From contig JBHPFF010000003.1 in NCBI GenBank assembly GCA_042572165.1, positions 1-56,233 on the forward strand: a stretch of DNA of 56,233 bases, read 5' to 3'. Positions 17,880 to 27,987 of this stretch are shown piece after piece. The position numbers were made by a program, and so were the translations under genes. Numbering within the stretch: the first letter of the stretch is position 1; each line of letters starts with the position of its first letter. Under the pieces are notes generated by a model. That model worked only from the letters and a program-made list of their open reading frames with translations, had not been told where the DNA came from and did not search any database. Origin of the DNA: Candidatus Latescibacterota bacterium. GTDB taxonomy: Bacteria; Latescibacterota; Latescibacteria; Latescibacterales; Latescibacteraceae.

Positions 17880-18101
17880 ATGTTTAAATGGGATAAAGAA
17901 GAATTAGCAAAATATAATGTAATTGGTTCCGGATGGGATGAAGAAGACTTCGTAGAACGTAATCCAAACAAGGTTTTTGATATCACTGGAATGTTTTTTC
18001 AACTATATAATCCAGTGGTAGGATTCCAAAATGTATCTGAAGGATTTAAAAATTCAAAGCCAATGCCGCTTGATACAGATTGGGAAAATGCAGAGGAATA
18101 A
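17880..18101 (+). pseudogene. Probable C-terminal fragment of an unknown gene
   Basis: 73 protein-like codons, no SD, abuts the IS1380 stub. Confidence 0.35.
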
Positions 18102-18446
18102 TGACATTCAAAATTTAAGGACATCGCTTATATAATAATACTAAATATAATTAATTATTATTTTTATAATATAATAAGGCCAGAACACTGAATAAACAAG
18201 AGGCACAATTTCTCCTAAAATAAGCCCGGCCAAGAAACCTTTATTTAGAATGAGTAGAATTGATAAAACTGTAAAATGCACTATTAGTTATTTATTTTTA
18301 TTTTTTTGTATTATAATTCAGTTTAATTGTGGAGAAATGTTTTAACTACAGCAATAAATATTAATTTTAAACTGATGGACTGTCTGTATATTGCTGTAAG
18401 TTCTTTTTCTCTGATACTATCTTAAACAATCTGAAGGAGGTTCGGA

Positions 18447-19313
18447 ATGAAGCGAGTTGTTTTTCTGGTAAGTATTGTTTTCTTAATGGTGATATCGTAT
18501 ATAGCGATTGCGCAGAACCTTGATGGAAGTCCCTATACTCCGGGGAAAGATGCCAATATTGATATGTTTATAGGCAGTTGGAAAGACTCTATGCCCAGGC
18601 ATTCTCATGGTTCCCTTGTGGAAAGAGATATACTTACCAAAGGTAATGCATTAAATCCGACGCAAAAAGGAGCTGTCCTGGAATATGTCAACCGTTTCGT
18701 ATACGCAACACTTGATACACATGCAATGACGACTCCAACAACTCTCGATGGGGAACAGGAAATATTTTACATTATTTCCGGCAAAGGCACTATTAGTGCT
18801 GGTAAAGAAACAGCGGATCTTTATAGCGGTATAGCCGTGCTTATGCCGGCGCATCTTGAATTCACCATGAAAAATACCGGTGATGTACCTTTAACAATGT
18901 ACCTTGTCTCTGAACCTTATCCGGAAGGCTTTCGCCTGAACAAAGAAATGCTTATTGTTGATGAAAACACTCGACCTATTGGTAATTCACAGGCTCACTG
19001 GGTTGGGATTACAAAAGGTCTTTTTGGCACGAATGACGGTCTTGGAACCCTTCAGTCCATCCTCACCTGCTCATTCAGCCCCATGACGATGTTTCATCCC
19101 CACAGTCATGCGAAGGGGTGTGAGGAAGTATGGACTGCAGTTAACGGTGATATTTATGCCTTTCTTGGTAAGCAGATTCGCCTTCAACCACCCGGAACAG
19201 CATATATGATACCGCCGGACGGCAAAACTCCGCATGCAAACTTTAATGTATCTGATAACCTGTTAAAAATGTTTTATTTTGCCCGTTATAGTGATCGACC
19301 GGTAAGGAAATAA
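18447..19313 (+). CDS. Secreted bicupin protein
   Basis: Signal peptide; EQEIFYIISGKG and HPHSH..EE..PH cupin motifs; SD AAGGAGG. Confidence 0.88.
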   Translation: MKRVVFLVSIVFLMVISYIAIAQNLDGSPYTPGKDANIDMFIGSWKDSMPRHSHGSLVERDILTKGNALNPTQKGAVLEYVNRFVYATLDTHAMTTPTTLDGEQEIFYIISGKGTISAGKETADLYSGIAVLMPAHLEFTMKNTGDVPLTMYLVSEPYPEGFRLNKEMLIVDENTRPIGNSQAHWVGITKGLFGTNDGLGTLQSILTCSFSPMTMFHPHSHAKGCEEVWTAVNGDIYAFLGKQIRLQPPGTAYMIPPDGKTPHANFNVSDNLLKMFYFARYSDRPVRK

Positions 19314-19493
19314 TAAGTTTTTTAAAACTTCAGTTGTAATCGTCTGGGGAAATGGATGGTAAGAAAATAAACAGTATTTATCATATATTTTGGATGAAAG
19401 TACTTCAGGAGACTTTACCGTGGTTACATCTCTTTGTGAAAGATTCAATATATCTTTGGACGGTAGGATGCCGCTCTTTAGTATATAAGATTA

Positions 19494-21281
19494 CTATCCT
19501 AGAGAATCGAACGTAATGTCTTCTAATTTGTCGCCGTCGAAATCGCATATGTTTGCCGCTATTTTAACTTCCTCATTACGATCATTCAGTTTTTCTACCT
19601 CGAGAATAAATATATTTTCACCTTTGTCGATTGTGACGAACAACGAGGGCGTCGGATCATACCGGAATGATTCTGTATTATACCTGCGTTCTCTTCCCAT
19701 AAAATACACTCGAAAACGACCACCGCGCATACCCACAAGAAGTTGCCCCATCAACCCTAGTTGCTGCCCATGGACTGTGCAAGCAAGATAGAAGAAGGAA
19801 TTTTTCTCGACGTTATTACTCCCCGGAATGGCGTAGAGGAGAGCATCTTTATAACGCATTCTGTCAAGTGATGGATCATTGTCAATAACATCGTCGCCAT
19901 TTAAAAACTGCCATGGTTTCTCTTCAATATAGTCACCATTTTTCGGATTCAAAGATTTAATATCATTAATTGGCGATGTAAATGGTCCCGCCAGCAACCA
20001 GTTACGAATACCGCGAGCGACATATTTGTTTGAAGCGCGCATGTAATTGTATTTGATGGATTTTACCGATGGTCCGGAAATGAGTATATGCTCGGGACGC
20101 CATTCTCCCAGTTTCTTCATGTGGCACCAGCGCAGAAGATCAAAATCCAGGGGATTGAATCCCATCGCCATATTGGAGATAGCTTCAGCAGCGACAATAT
20201 CACCTCCAGCAATCACAACATTGTGATTAAATCCAATACCCTTTTGGCCGCTGTGATGACTCATGGATGCCCAGAAGCCCTCGGCGACTCCATAATCCGG
20301 ATGTATAGCGCAAGCCAGATCAGCGATACCTCGCGCGAGATTCAAATCGCTCCCTTTATGAATTGGGCTTTTACTAATATCACCGGTATAAGGGACGGAA
20401 TGGACACAACCAATCAAATTTTTCATGAACAACGTTGTCCCTACATTGCCATGGGTCTTCATCACCGGACAGGTAATAAGAATATCACGGTCAAGGATGG
20501 TTTTCGGAAGGTATATCCCCTTTCTCCTGGTCGGTTCTTGGTCGGAGGTTGCGTCCGGGTCACCGGGAGGAACGAACTGCAACGCACCTTGACCGGAATT
20601 ATAAGGATCATAATCGGTCACATACACTGGTTCATCCTCGTTGAGATCCACGATGTCTACGGTTGTGCCGTTTTTACCATTCAGTTCCTCGGCGATACCA
20701 ACGTATGAAAGTCGCCCAAATCCTTCAAATGCGTAATGCCAGCCATCAATGAATTCTTCCTTTTTAAATGATCCCCCTGAGGAATACCACCCGGACGGCC
20801 CTTCGGCTATGGTAATCTTTTTCGGTCCAATTCGTTCAATAAGATATTCGATTAACGCTTTTATTACCCTCAAATCAGTCACCAGAGCAAGGGCGTCAGT
20901 GTGCCTTTCGAAGTGTTCACGGAGTGCACGGTCTCCATTGAATGCAATTTCTGGCAATCCTGCAATGCGAACGATGTTAGTTTTTATTACTACCCATGAG
21001 TCCGGACTCACAATTTTTTGTAGACTTCTCGGTGAATAATCTCGATCAAGCGCAAGCCACACTATATCCCGTATCTGTTGTGTAGTGAGTGGAACATGGA
21101 GCGGCATCGGTTCCGCCAGTTCGGGATCATTCGATGCAGCGATCGCAACCACTGAATGGTATTTTTTCATTTCGGCTGCAATCGCGTTTCCTGTTTCTTG
21201 AGATGTATTTAAGGGCAAATCCATACCAGTCATGAGAGAACCTGTAATGGTTGAATTTTTCAAAAAATCTCTTCGTTTCAT
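19494..21281 (-). CDS. Tat-exported DUF362 domain protein with C-terminal extension
   Basis: KRRDFLK; VVIKTN, IAEG, CPVMKTH, MKNLIG motifs. Confidence 0.82.
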   Translation of the reverse strand: MKRRDFLKNSTITGSLMTGMDLPLNTSQETGNAIAAEMKKYHSVVAIAASNDPELAEPMPLHVPLTTQQIRDIVWLALDRDYSPRSLQKIVSPDSWVVIKTNIVRIAGLPEIAFNGDRALREHFERHTDALALVTDLRVIKALIEYLIERIGPKKITIAEGPSGWYSSGGSFKKEEFIDGWHYAFEGFGRLSYVGIAEELNGKNGTTVDIVDLNEDEPVYVTDYDPYNSGQGALQFVPPGDPDATSDQEPTRRKGIYLPKTILDRDILITCPVMKTHGNVGTTLFMKNLIGCVHSVPYTGDISKSPIHKGSDLNLARGIADLACAIHPDYGVAEGFWASMSHHSGQKGIGFNHNVVIAGGDIVAAEAISNMAMGFNPLDFDLLRWCHMKKLGEWRPEHILISGPSVKSIKYNYMRASNKYVARGIRNWLLAGPFTSPINDIKSLNPKNGDYIEEKPWQFLNGDDVIDNDPSLDRMRYKDALLYAIPGSNNVEKNSFFYLACTVHGQQLGLMGQLLVGMRGGRFRVYFMGRERRYNTESFRYDPTPSLFVTIDKGENIFILEVEKLNDRNEEVKIAANICDFDGDKLEDITFDSLG

Positions 21282-21417
21282 AACAAACCTTCCTATGATT
21301 ATATAGATTAACTGTATTTGTACTCGTTGCAATCGTTAAAATTATTAAAGCCTATCCATACTGTGCTCTGAAGTGTCGCGTCCTGAGGAGAACCAAAGTT
21401 CTCCTAAAACATAATAT

Positions 21418-21444
21418 TCGGAATTCCCCATATCAAAACCATGA
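21418..21444 (-). mobile_element. IS1380-family right inverted repeat stub
   Basis: TCGGAATTCCCCATATCAAAACCATGA. Confidence 0.7.
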
Positions 21445-21523
21445 GGATTAATAACTTTAAACCCTTATTATGTCATTTAAAAAATGAATTTTGTGTTCTC
21501 TACGTAAAATATCTACCCCTCGC

Positions 21524-22399
21524 TTACATAGGCGATAAATAGAGAAAATAGATCGGCTCTTCGGACCCATTGATATTCGAATGGGGCGTAAACCCGGATG
21601 GTGGAACCTTGTAGGCTACACCGGGACCCTGCCAACGTATTTCCTTCCCGAGAAACGCCAGGTTCTTCCCTTTAAGGACATGCCATATCTCTTCCACACC
21701 TTCGCCGTGACTGTGCGGATGTCCGATGGTCATGGGATCGTAAACGAGGAGGTTGACCTTGAGGACCGAAAGACCGTCACTGGGCACAAAGATTCTCTTG
21801 CCTTTGTGGACCCAGTGCATACTGAGAAAGCCCTGCTTACGATATGGCATGGTTGTTTCATCCTTAACCACTATGCTCTTTGACGATTTAAAGCCCTCGG
21901 GAATCGGGATATTGATGATGTACATAACAAGGAGGTCGTCCCCGGTATTTTTTATGGTGAATTCAACCTCTTCGGGGACGAGCATAAAAATACCATAGCG
22001 GAGATCGGCTGTCTTGCCGCCGGAGGTGATAGTACCGGTTCCTGAAACAAAGTAGAACACCTCCTGCTCACCCTTAAGCGTTGTCGGCGCGGTCGATACA
22101 TGAGGATCCATGGTTGCGCGAGAAAAGCGGTTTATCTTGGTGAGAACTGCGCCATCTCTGAGTGGCCTCAGCTCATCATCTCCCTCAAGCTTGGTGAGGA
22201 TTGCACGTTCCGTAATGTTGCCGTGAGAGTTGAACGGAAGCGAGTCCCTGTAGTCACCCATGAACATGTTGATGTCCGGGTCTTTTGCCGGATCGAGAGG
22301 CTTCCCATCGAGGCTGGTCTGGGCATTGACCATCCCGGTCTGCACAACCAACATGAAAACACAGAAAATAAATATCATACGGCGCATCTGATACCTCAT
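21524..22399 (-). CDS. Secreted bicupin protein (paralog of 18447-19313)
   Basis: Signal peptide; EQEVFYFVSGTG, HPHSHGEGVEE, TPH. Confidence 0.88.
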   Translation of the reverse strand: MRYQMRRMIFIFCVFMLVVQTGMVNAQTSLDGKPLDPAKDPDINMFMGDYRDSLPFNSHGNITERAILTKLEGDDELRPLRDGAVLTKINRFSRATMDPHVSTAPTTLKGEQEVFYFVSGTGTITSGGKTADLRYGIFMLVPEEVEFTIKNTGDDLLVMYIINIPIPEGFKSSKSIVVKDETTMPYRKQGFLSMHWVHKGKRIFVPSDGLSVLKVNLLVYDPMTIGHPHSHGEGVEEIWHVLKGKNLAFLGKEIRWQGPGVAYKVPPSGFTPHSNINGSEEPIYFLYLSPM

Positions 22400-22502
22400 G
22401 GTATTGACATTGAATATAACTTCTTATTAATGAAGTACTTATAATTCTTTACCTGTCCCCATTTTTTACCACTTCCAGAGTCAGTCTTTGCGCATCAATA
22501 TC

Positions 22503-22640
22503 TGTAAGACTTCAGAACATTCTGGACATATATAGCTAAAATTAAGCTGTAGTTTTCAGAAATTGCAACTGTTTTTTCAAGCCCCCTTTTCCCAGGTTGT
22601 AAGCTCTCCTCGCTTTCTGTGATTCATGCTTGATCATCTT
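22503..22640 (-). mobile_element. IS3-like right end stub with transposase tail
   Basis: MIKHESQKARRAYNLGKGGLKKQLQFLKTTA* then terminus TGTAAGACTTCAGAACATTCTGGACA. Confidence 0.7.
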
Positions 22641-22697
22641 ATACACTAATAGAAAATGGTCAACCTATTAAAATAATTTCAGAACATATTTAAATGT

Positions 22698-24023
22698 CTA
22701 TTTACTTTTGATATCATAGGTAAACAGCTTATCCACATGACGAATATATAACCGTCCACCGCACACAACCGGATGCGCCCAGTACATTCCTTCTCCCCCC
22801 TCAGGCACCTTGAATGAACTTACTTCATCATATTTTTCGTATGTGGCTTTGACCAACTTCATGGTTTCTTTTTCCTCCAGACAATATAACATATTATCTG
22901 CATAAACCAGCGAGCCTTTCCCTCGTGATTTCCACATCTGTTCTCCGGTCATGAAATCCAGGCAGAACCATCCATTCGCTTCATGTCCCGCCCCGTAAAG
23001 ATATCCTTCATGCAAAATGACTCCGCCATGATGGTTATCCATGAGGTCCGATTCCCAAACCGTTTCCGGAACGATTTTATTCTGTGAAGCTTTTAGTTTG
23101 ATCAGTTCGCTTCCTGTACCGTAACCGCTCGAGACGAATACATAACCATTATGAAATATGGCATCCGTGGCATTGACCGGTTCCCTGTTCTCAACCTTCG
23201 AGATCCATAGCAGCTTTCCCGTTTTACTGTCAATCCCGTAAACGCTGCTCGAAGACATGTTAATGATCTGCTGATAGCCGCCGAAATCTGCGAAAATCGG
23301 AGAGCTGTATCCTGCAGTTCCTGGAATATCACTGCATGTCCATATAAGTTTTCCATCCTTTTTATTCAGGCAGACCATAAATCCTTTCTTTCCCCCTGGG
23401 CTGCAGTACAGACGGTCTCCTTCGATAAGAACGGATTCGGAAAAACCCCAATCATTTAATTCCGCATCGAAAACATCACGAAGGTTGAGATACCACATCT
23501 TTTCCCCGGTTTTGTAATCGAAAGCTGTCAGCTGAATAAATTCATCAAGATGATACACAATACCGTCATCGTATGTCGGTGTGCTTCGGGAGCCGATTCT
23601 TGATTTGCCAAATCTCTTGGTTGTTTCGCTGGGAAGGCCGTTGGGTTTCTTCCAGAGCAGTGTGCCATCCATGTCATATGCAAACACGTAGGTTTGTTTT
23701 CCTATCCTGCCAGCGGTAAAGATATATCCTTTTGCGATGGAGACGGTGCTGAATCCCCTGCCCAGGCCCGAGACTGTCCATAGCAGTTCGGGGCCATTTT
23801 CCGGCCATTCCTTTAAAAGCCCGGTCTCGGCCGACTTGTTGTTACGGTACATGCCGTGAAAACATGCCCACTCGCTTTTTTCCTGCGCTGATGTTGTTCT
23901 GGAAAAAAGACAGACGAGAAGGCAAGAGATGAAACCGGTATACAGAAGGCTTTTCCAGTTTCCGATACGTGTATTACATGTACTTATGTGTCGAGAATGG
24001 AGCATACTTTTAATACTTCTCAC
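22698..24023 (-). CDS. PQQ-like (BamB-type) beta-propeller protein
   Basis: GLLKEWPENGPELLW, repeated D.KTG..W blades, WAHPVV.GGRLYIR; SD GAGGAGG. Confidence 0.9.
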   Translation of the reverse strand: MRSIKSMLHSRHISTCNTRIGNWKSLLYTGFISCLLVCLFSRTTSAQEKSEWACFHGMYRNNKSAETGLLKEWPENGPELLWTVSGLGRGFSTVSIAKGYIFTAGRIGKQTYVFAYDMDGTLLWKKPNGLPSETTKRFGKSRIGSRSTPTYDDGIVYHLDEFIQLTAFDYKTGEKMWYLNLRDVFDAELNDWGFSESVLIEGDRLYCSPGGKKGFMVCLNKKDGKLIWTCSDIPGTAGYSSPIFADFGGYQQIINMSSSSVYGIDSKTGKLLWISKVENREPVNATDAIFHNGYVFVSSGYGTGSELIKLKASQNKIVPETVWESDLMDNHHGGVILHEGYLYGAGHEANGWFCLDFMTGEQMWKSRGKGSLVYADNMLYCLEEKETMKLVKATYEKYDEVSSFKVPEGGEGMYWAHPVVCGGRLYIRHVDKLFTYDIKSK

Positions 24024-24113
24024 TTAATCCTCCTCATCACTAAAAACTTTTTTAAAATTTTAATTATATGATTATAGTAGTACTTTTAAAATGTCAACTT
24101 ATTCTGTAAAGAC

Positions 24114-24290
24114 TGTACGTCTTCAGAACAAGTTGGACACGTACAGTTAAAAATTAAGGCGTAGTTTTCAGGAATTGCAACTGTTTTTTCAAGCTTCCTT
24201 TCCAGAGGTTATATGCTCTCCTCATCTTCAATGTTTCATGTTTGATCATATCTCCCTGCGACAGACGCTCACTGTTTCGGTATATCTGGA
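24114..24290 (-). mobile_element. IS3-like right end stub with transposase tail
   Basis: MIKHETLKMRRAYNLWKGSLKKQLQFLKTTP* then terminus TGTACGTCTTCAGAACAAGTTGGACAC. Confidence 0.72.
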
Positions 24291-24313
24291 ATAGCCAAAT
24301 AAAATCCGGAAAC

Positions 24314-24363
24314 ACACTTTTTTACACTTTTTTACACTTTTTTACATCTTTTTGCATCTATTT
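24314..24363. repeat. 10-bp tandem repeat
   Basis: ACACTTTTTT x3, then ACATCTTTTT and GCATCTATTT. Confidence 0.85.
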
Positions 24364-24969
24364 GTATACTTTCATAGTAAATATACCGAACTAAAGGGAC
24401 GTTATCTTTAGCCCGTAAAATGACTCAAGTAAGCGATTTAAAGTTATTTTCACCAAATCCTGATATATATCAGTCCAATGCCCACATATGCAAAGCAAAG
24501 TCCCAGAGGCCTTTCAAAATCCCAGCAAGACAAGAGGGGGCGTGAGTTGATATTATAGAGTCGCCTGCCGAGCATAAGCCCGTCGCTGTCTCCGATGGGT
24601 CAATGAACAGGCTCCCACATAGAGTAAAATGATAACATTGAGGGGTTGTGTTAGCCTATTCTATTAAGCTAAGGACGCTGTTAAACGCCTTGTAAGCAAT
24701 TATCTTTGCATTAATAGAGTTTGGTACTACTTAAGAGAAATAGATCGTAAAGCCTGTTATTTTCACCGTTATAAATAGGTTTTAAGCAAACAATGGCAGG
24801 TTACAGCAAATGGTTGCGTATAGGGTGCAGAATGCGGTAAAATAATAGCAACTACGCTCTGTAGCAATTACCTCAAATTATATCAAGTATGTCGGGGATT
24901 AAACTGCAAAACAAAAATAAAACGGCAAAGAAATAAATCACAATACCTTGTTATTACATCATATATTAA

Positions 24970-25046
<77 letters not shown>

Positions 25047-25052
25047 GTTTGA

Positions 25053-25265
25053 TCAGTTATTAAAAAGCTCTGTTTGAGCCGGTTTTGGTTCCTTTTTCTT
25101 CATAGGTGGGTGTACAATCAACCGTATATTCCCGGTAAGCCATTCTGGAAATATCACCCTGTTTCCATCAATACGTACTTCCGGTATCCTCGAAAGTCGG
25201 TTACGCACTATTTTAGAACGCACCGTGATCCGGTACATCCCCTTTCCTATAGAAACTGGTTTCAT
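25053..25265 (-). CDS. Small basic hypothetical protein with C-terminal QTELF
   Basis: 70 aa, SD AGGTGAGGA, fills the gap between the two tRNAs. Confidence 0.6.
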   Translation of the reverse strand: MKPVSIGKGMYRITVRSKIVRNRLSRIPEVRIDGNRVIFPEWLTGNIRLIVHPPMKKKEPKPAQTELFNN

Positions 25266-25358
25266 GATTCTTTAATCCTCACCTGTAAAATAATTATATC
25301 AGCGGTGTCAGTCAAATATAAAGAGTGTAAAGAGTAAAAATACCTAACAATACAACAT

Positions 25359-25388
25359 AAAAAAAGAGCACGTTAAAAGAACGTGCCT
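25359..25388 (-). terminator. Intrinsic terminator after tRNA-Cys
   Basis: GCACGTT/AACGTGC stem followed by T7. Confidence 0.7.
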
Positions 25389-25391
25389 TAC

Positions 25392-25466
<75 letters not shown>

Positions 25467-25525
25467 GTTTCGAATGATAAAGGTATATAAATATATCTTT
25501 AAAGTCAATAAATTAATGGTTGAAC

Positions 25526-27361
25526 TCACATAGTTTTATTCAGGTGGTTGTTAATAACATGTGCCCGTTTCATGCCGATACCGGGAACTTGCGAAATAGT
25601 TCCAACATCAACTTTTTCAATCTCTGCAACTGAGCCGAAATGTTTGAGCAGAGACTGTGTCATGACCGGACCGATACCCTCGATTTCATTCAGTTTCGAT
25701 GTAATGGTTCTTTTTTTACTTAGTTTTTTCTGGTATGTAACTGCAAACCGGTGAGCTTCATCGCGTATCCGCTGGAGAAGATGCAGGGACGAGGAAGTCC
25801 GGGGTATATTCTGAGCCTCAGTAGCGCCGGGTAAAAACACCTCTTCCAGCCTTTTCGCAAGTCCTGCAACAGGTTGATTTTGAAATCCCAGGCGATTCAA
25901 CACTTCCCTTGCACTCGAAAGCTGTCCCTTGCCGCCGTCAACAAGCAAAAGATCGGGAACCTCACGGTTCTCTTTACGGCATCGTGAGAAATAGCGTTCC
26001 ACAACCTCCCTCATGCTCTTGAAATCATCAATACCTTCTACAGTTGTAATCTTATAATGACGGTACTCTTTTTTCTCAGGTTTCCCGTCTCTGAAAAAGA
26101 CAATAGAGGCTGCCGTGCCGGTTCCGTGGAGATGGGAAATATCGATACAGGCAATGGTTCTCGGGGGATTTTTCAGTTTCATGTCACGCTTTAGTGCCAT
26201 AATTGTCCGGGGGATAGCACCTTTTATACGGTCACGTTTTTCCAGGGTTTCTATCATGATCAGTTTAGCGTTTTTTGATGTCATTTTTAACAGTCTCGCT
26301 TTTTCACCACGCTTCGGATAGACAAAATTTACTTTCCCTTTTCGGCGTTCAGAAAGCAGAGACAGTATATTATCAACATCTTCCGGGATAACAGGTAGAT
26401 GAATCTCTGAGGGAAGCCAGGTCGTCCGAAGATAGTACTGTGTGAGGAATACAGAAAGCATTTCGCGTGGGGAGGTATACTGGACACCGCTCATGAGATA
26501 ATCCTTCTTCCCGAGAATGTTGCCTTCGCGTATATCCATAACAACAACACATGCCTCGCTATCGACGATGTGATAGTTTACTACATCCCAGTCACCGGTT
26601 AGCCTTGCAGTTGAAAAAGCTCTTCTTCGTGCACCGACCTTCTGTAATGCTTTGATTCTGTCTCTAAGTTCTGCTGCATGTTCATATCTCAGCGCATCAG
26701 AGGTTTTCTTCATTCGTTTTTTCAGGTCAGATATAAGGTCGTTATTGTGTCCCTGAATAAAATGGTATGCATCCTCGACATAACTGTTGTATTCACTCAT
26801 GCTGATATATCTCATACAGGGCCCGCTGCAGCGTTTTATCTGGTAATTCAGACAGGCACGCTTGACCAGTTTCGATGGAAGTTTCTGGCTGCACAACCGC
26901 AGAGGAAAAATGGACTGTACAAGCTCAAGTGTCCTGCGTACAGCCTTCACGTCCGTGTACGGTCCAAGGTATCGGGAACCGTCTTCGCGGATAGTTCTTG
27001 TCAGAAAAATACGGGGTACCTTTTCTTTGGTTATTTTTATATAGGGATATCTCTTGTCATCTTTGAGACGGACATTGTACTTAGGTTTTTTTGCGCGTGC
27101 CAGATTAGCCTCGGTTACCAGGGCCTCGATTTCGGAATCAGTCACAATATAGTCAATATCTGCTGCTTTTGACATGAGCCACGGCAACCGGTGTCTGCTG
27201 TCACCGTCATCCCTGAAATATGAGAGGACACGGATTCGAAGATTCTTCGCCTTCCCCACATAAAGAATGTTTTTATGAGAATCCAGCCAGAGGTAGACAC
27301 CGGGTTTGTCCGGAAGAAGTCCCGCTTTTTCCCGTAAAGTTTTTTTTGAGGGCTTGTTCAC
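25526..27361 (-). CDS. uvrC: Excinuclease ABC subunit C
   Basis: PGVY..YVGKAKNLR GIY-YIG, DISH, DGGKGQ, RDEAHRFA, HhH motifs. Confidence 0.98.
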   Translation of the reverse strand: MNKPSKKTLREKAGLLPDKPGVYLWLDSHKNILYVGKAKNLRIRVLSYFRDDGDSRHRLPWLMSKAADIDYIVTDSEIEALVTEANLARAKKPKYNVRLKDDKRYPYIKITKEKVPRIFLTRTIREDGSRYLGPYTDVKAVRRTLELVQSIFPLRLCSQKLPSKLVKRACLNYQIKRCSGPCMRYISMSEYNSYVEDAYHFIQGHNNDLISDLKKRMKKTSDALRYEHAAELRDRIKALQKVGARRRAFSTARLTGDWDVVNYHIVDSEACVVVMDIREGNILGKKDYLMSGVQYTSPREMLSVFLTQYYLRTTWLPSEIHLPVIPEDVDNILSLLSERRKGKVNFVYPKRGEKARLLKMTSKNAKLIMIETLEKRDRIKGAIPRTIMALKRDMKLKNPPRTIACIDISHLHGTGTAASIVFFRDGKPEKKEYRHYKITTVEGIDDFKSMREVVERYFSRCRKENREVPDLLLVDGGKGQLSSAREVLNRLGFQNQPVAGLAKRLEEVFLPGATEAQNIPRTSSSLHLLQRIRDEAHRFAVTYQKKLSKKRTITSKLNEIEGIGPVMTQSLLKHFGSVAEIEKVDVGTISQVPGIGMKRAHVINNHLNKTM

Positions 27362-27855
27362 AGTTCCACTATCTCAACATTCATTGATGAAAGATCCAAT
27401 AACACTATTGTGGCACGGTCGGCGAGCCATGAACAGCTCTCACCGGGATTTATAACCATAGGTTTTCCCTGCCTGATGTCAATTTCATGTAAATGTCCGT
27501 AAACGATCACATCTATGTCATCACGTTTGAGGTATTTTTTAACTTTCTTATGCTTATGCATCACTACGAATCGTTTGCCGTAATATTCAAATTCATGAGG
27601 TCCCTTATATATAATGCCAATTTTTGAATACTGTTCGCTCAATCCCTTTATTTCACCATCGTTATTACCAAACACTCCAATGAACGGGCAGTTAAGCTTT
27701 TCGAATTCTCTCACCGTAAATGGCGCAATAAAATCACCGGCGTGAACAACAAGAGAACATCCTGCTTCATTAAACTTTACCACTGCTTTTTTTATATTTT
27801 CCTTATGGTCATGAGTATCACTGATTATACCCACAAGGTTCTGTTTCATTCCCAT
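27358..27855 (-). CDS. YfcE/MJ0936-family metallophosphoesterase
   Basis: SDTHD, HAGD, GNND, GHLH, NPGE; start 27855 or 27849 (ORF open from 27909). Confidence 0.92.
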   Translation of the reverse strand: MGMKQNLVGIISDTHDHKENIKKAVVKFNEAGCSLVVHAGDFIAPFTVREFEKLNCPFIGVFGNNDGEIKGLSEQYSKIGIIYKGPHEFEYYGKRFVVMHKHKKVKKYLKRDDIDVIVYGHLHEIDIRQGKPMVINPGESCSWLADRATIVLLDLSSMNVEIVEL

Positions 27856-27987
27856 TCTTTCATTCTTTCCTTGAGATTTTTTATTTCTTGTGTATCTTTT
27901 ACTTGACAATTTAATTAAAATAATGCAGAATTCAAATAAGTAAAACTTAATATCAGTTTATAACACCGCAAAGTGTAATAATATCTT

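Noticed and set aside
17717-17986. 89-aa ORF as an intact gene
   Set aside because: It is a chimera of an IS1380 transposase tail and the antisense of another fragment.
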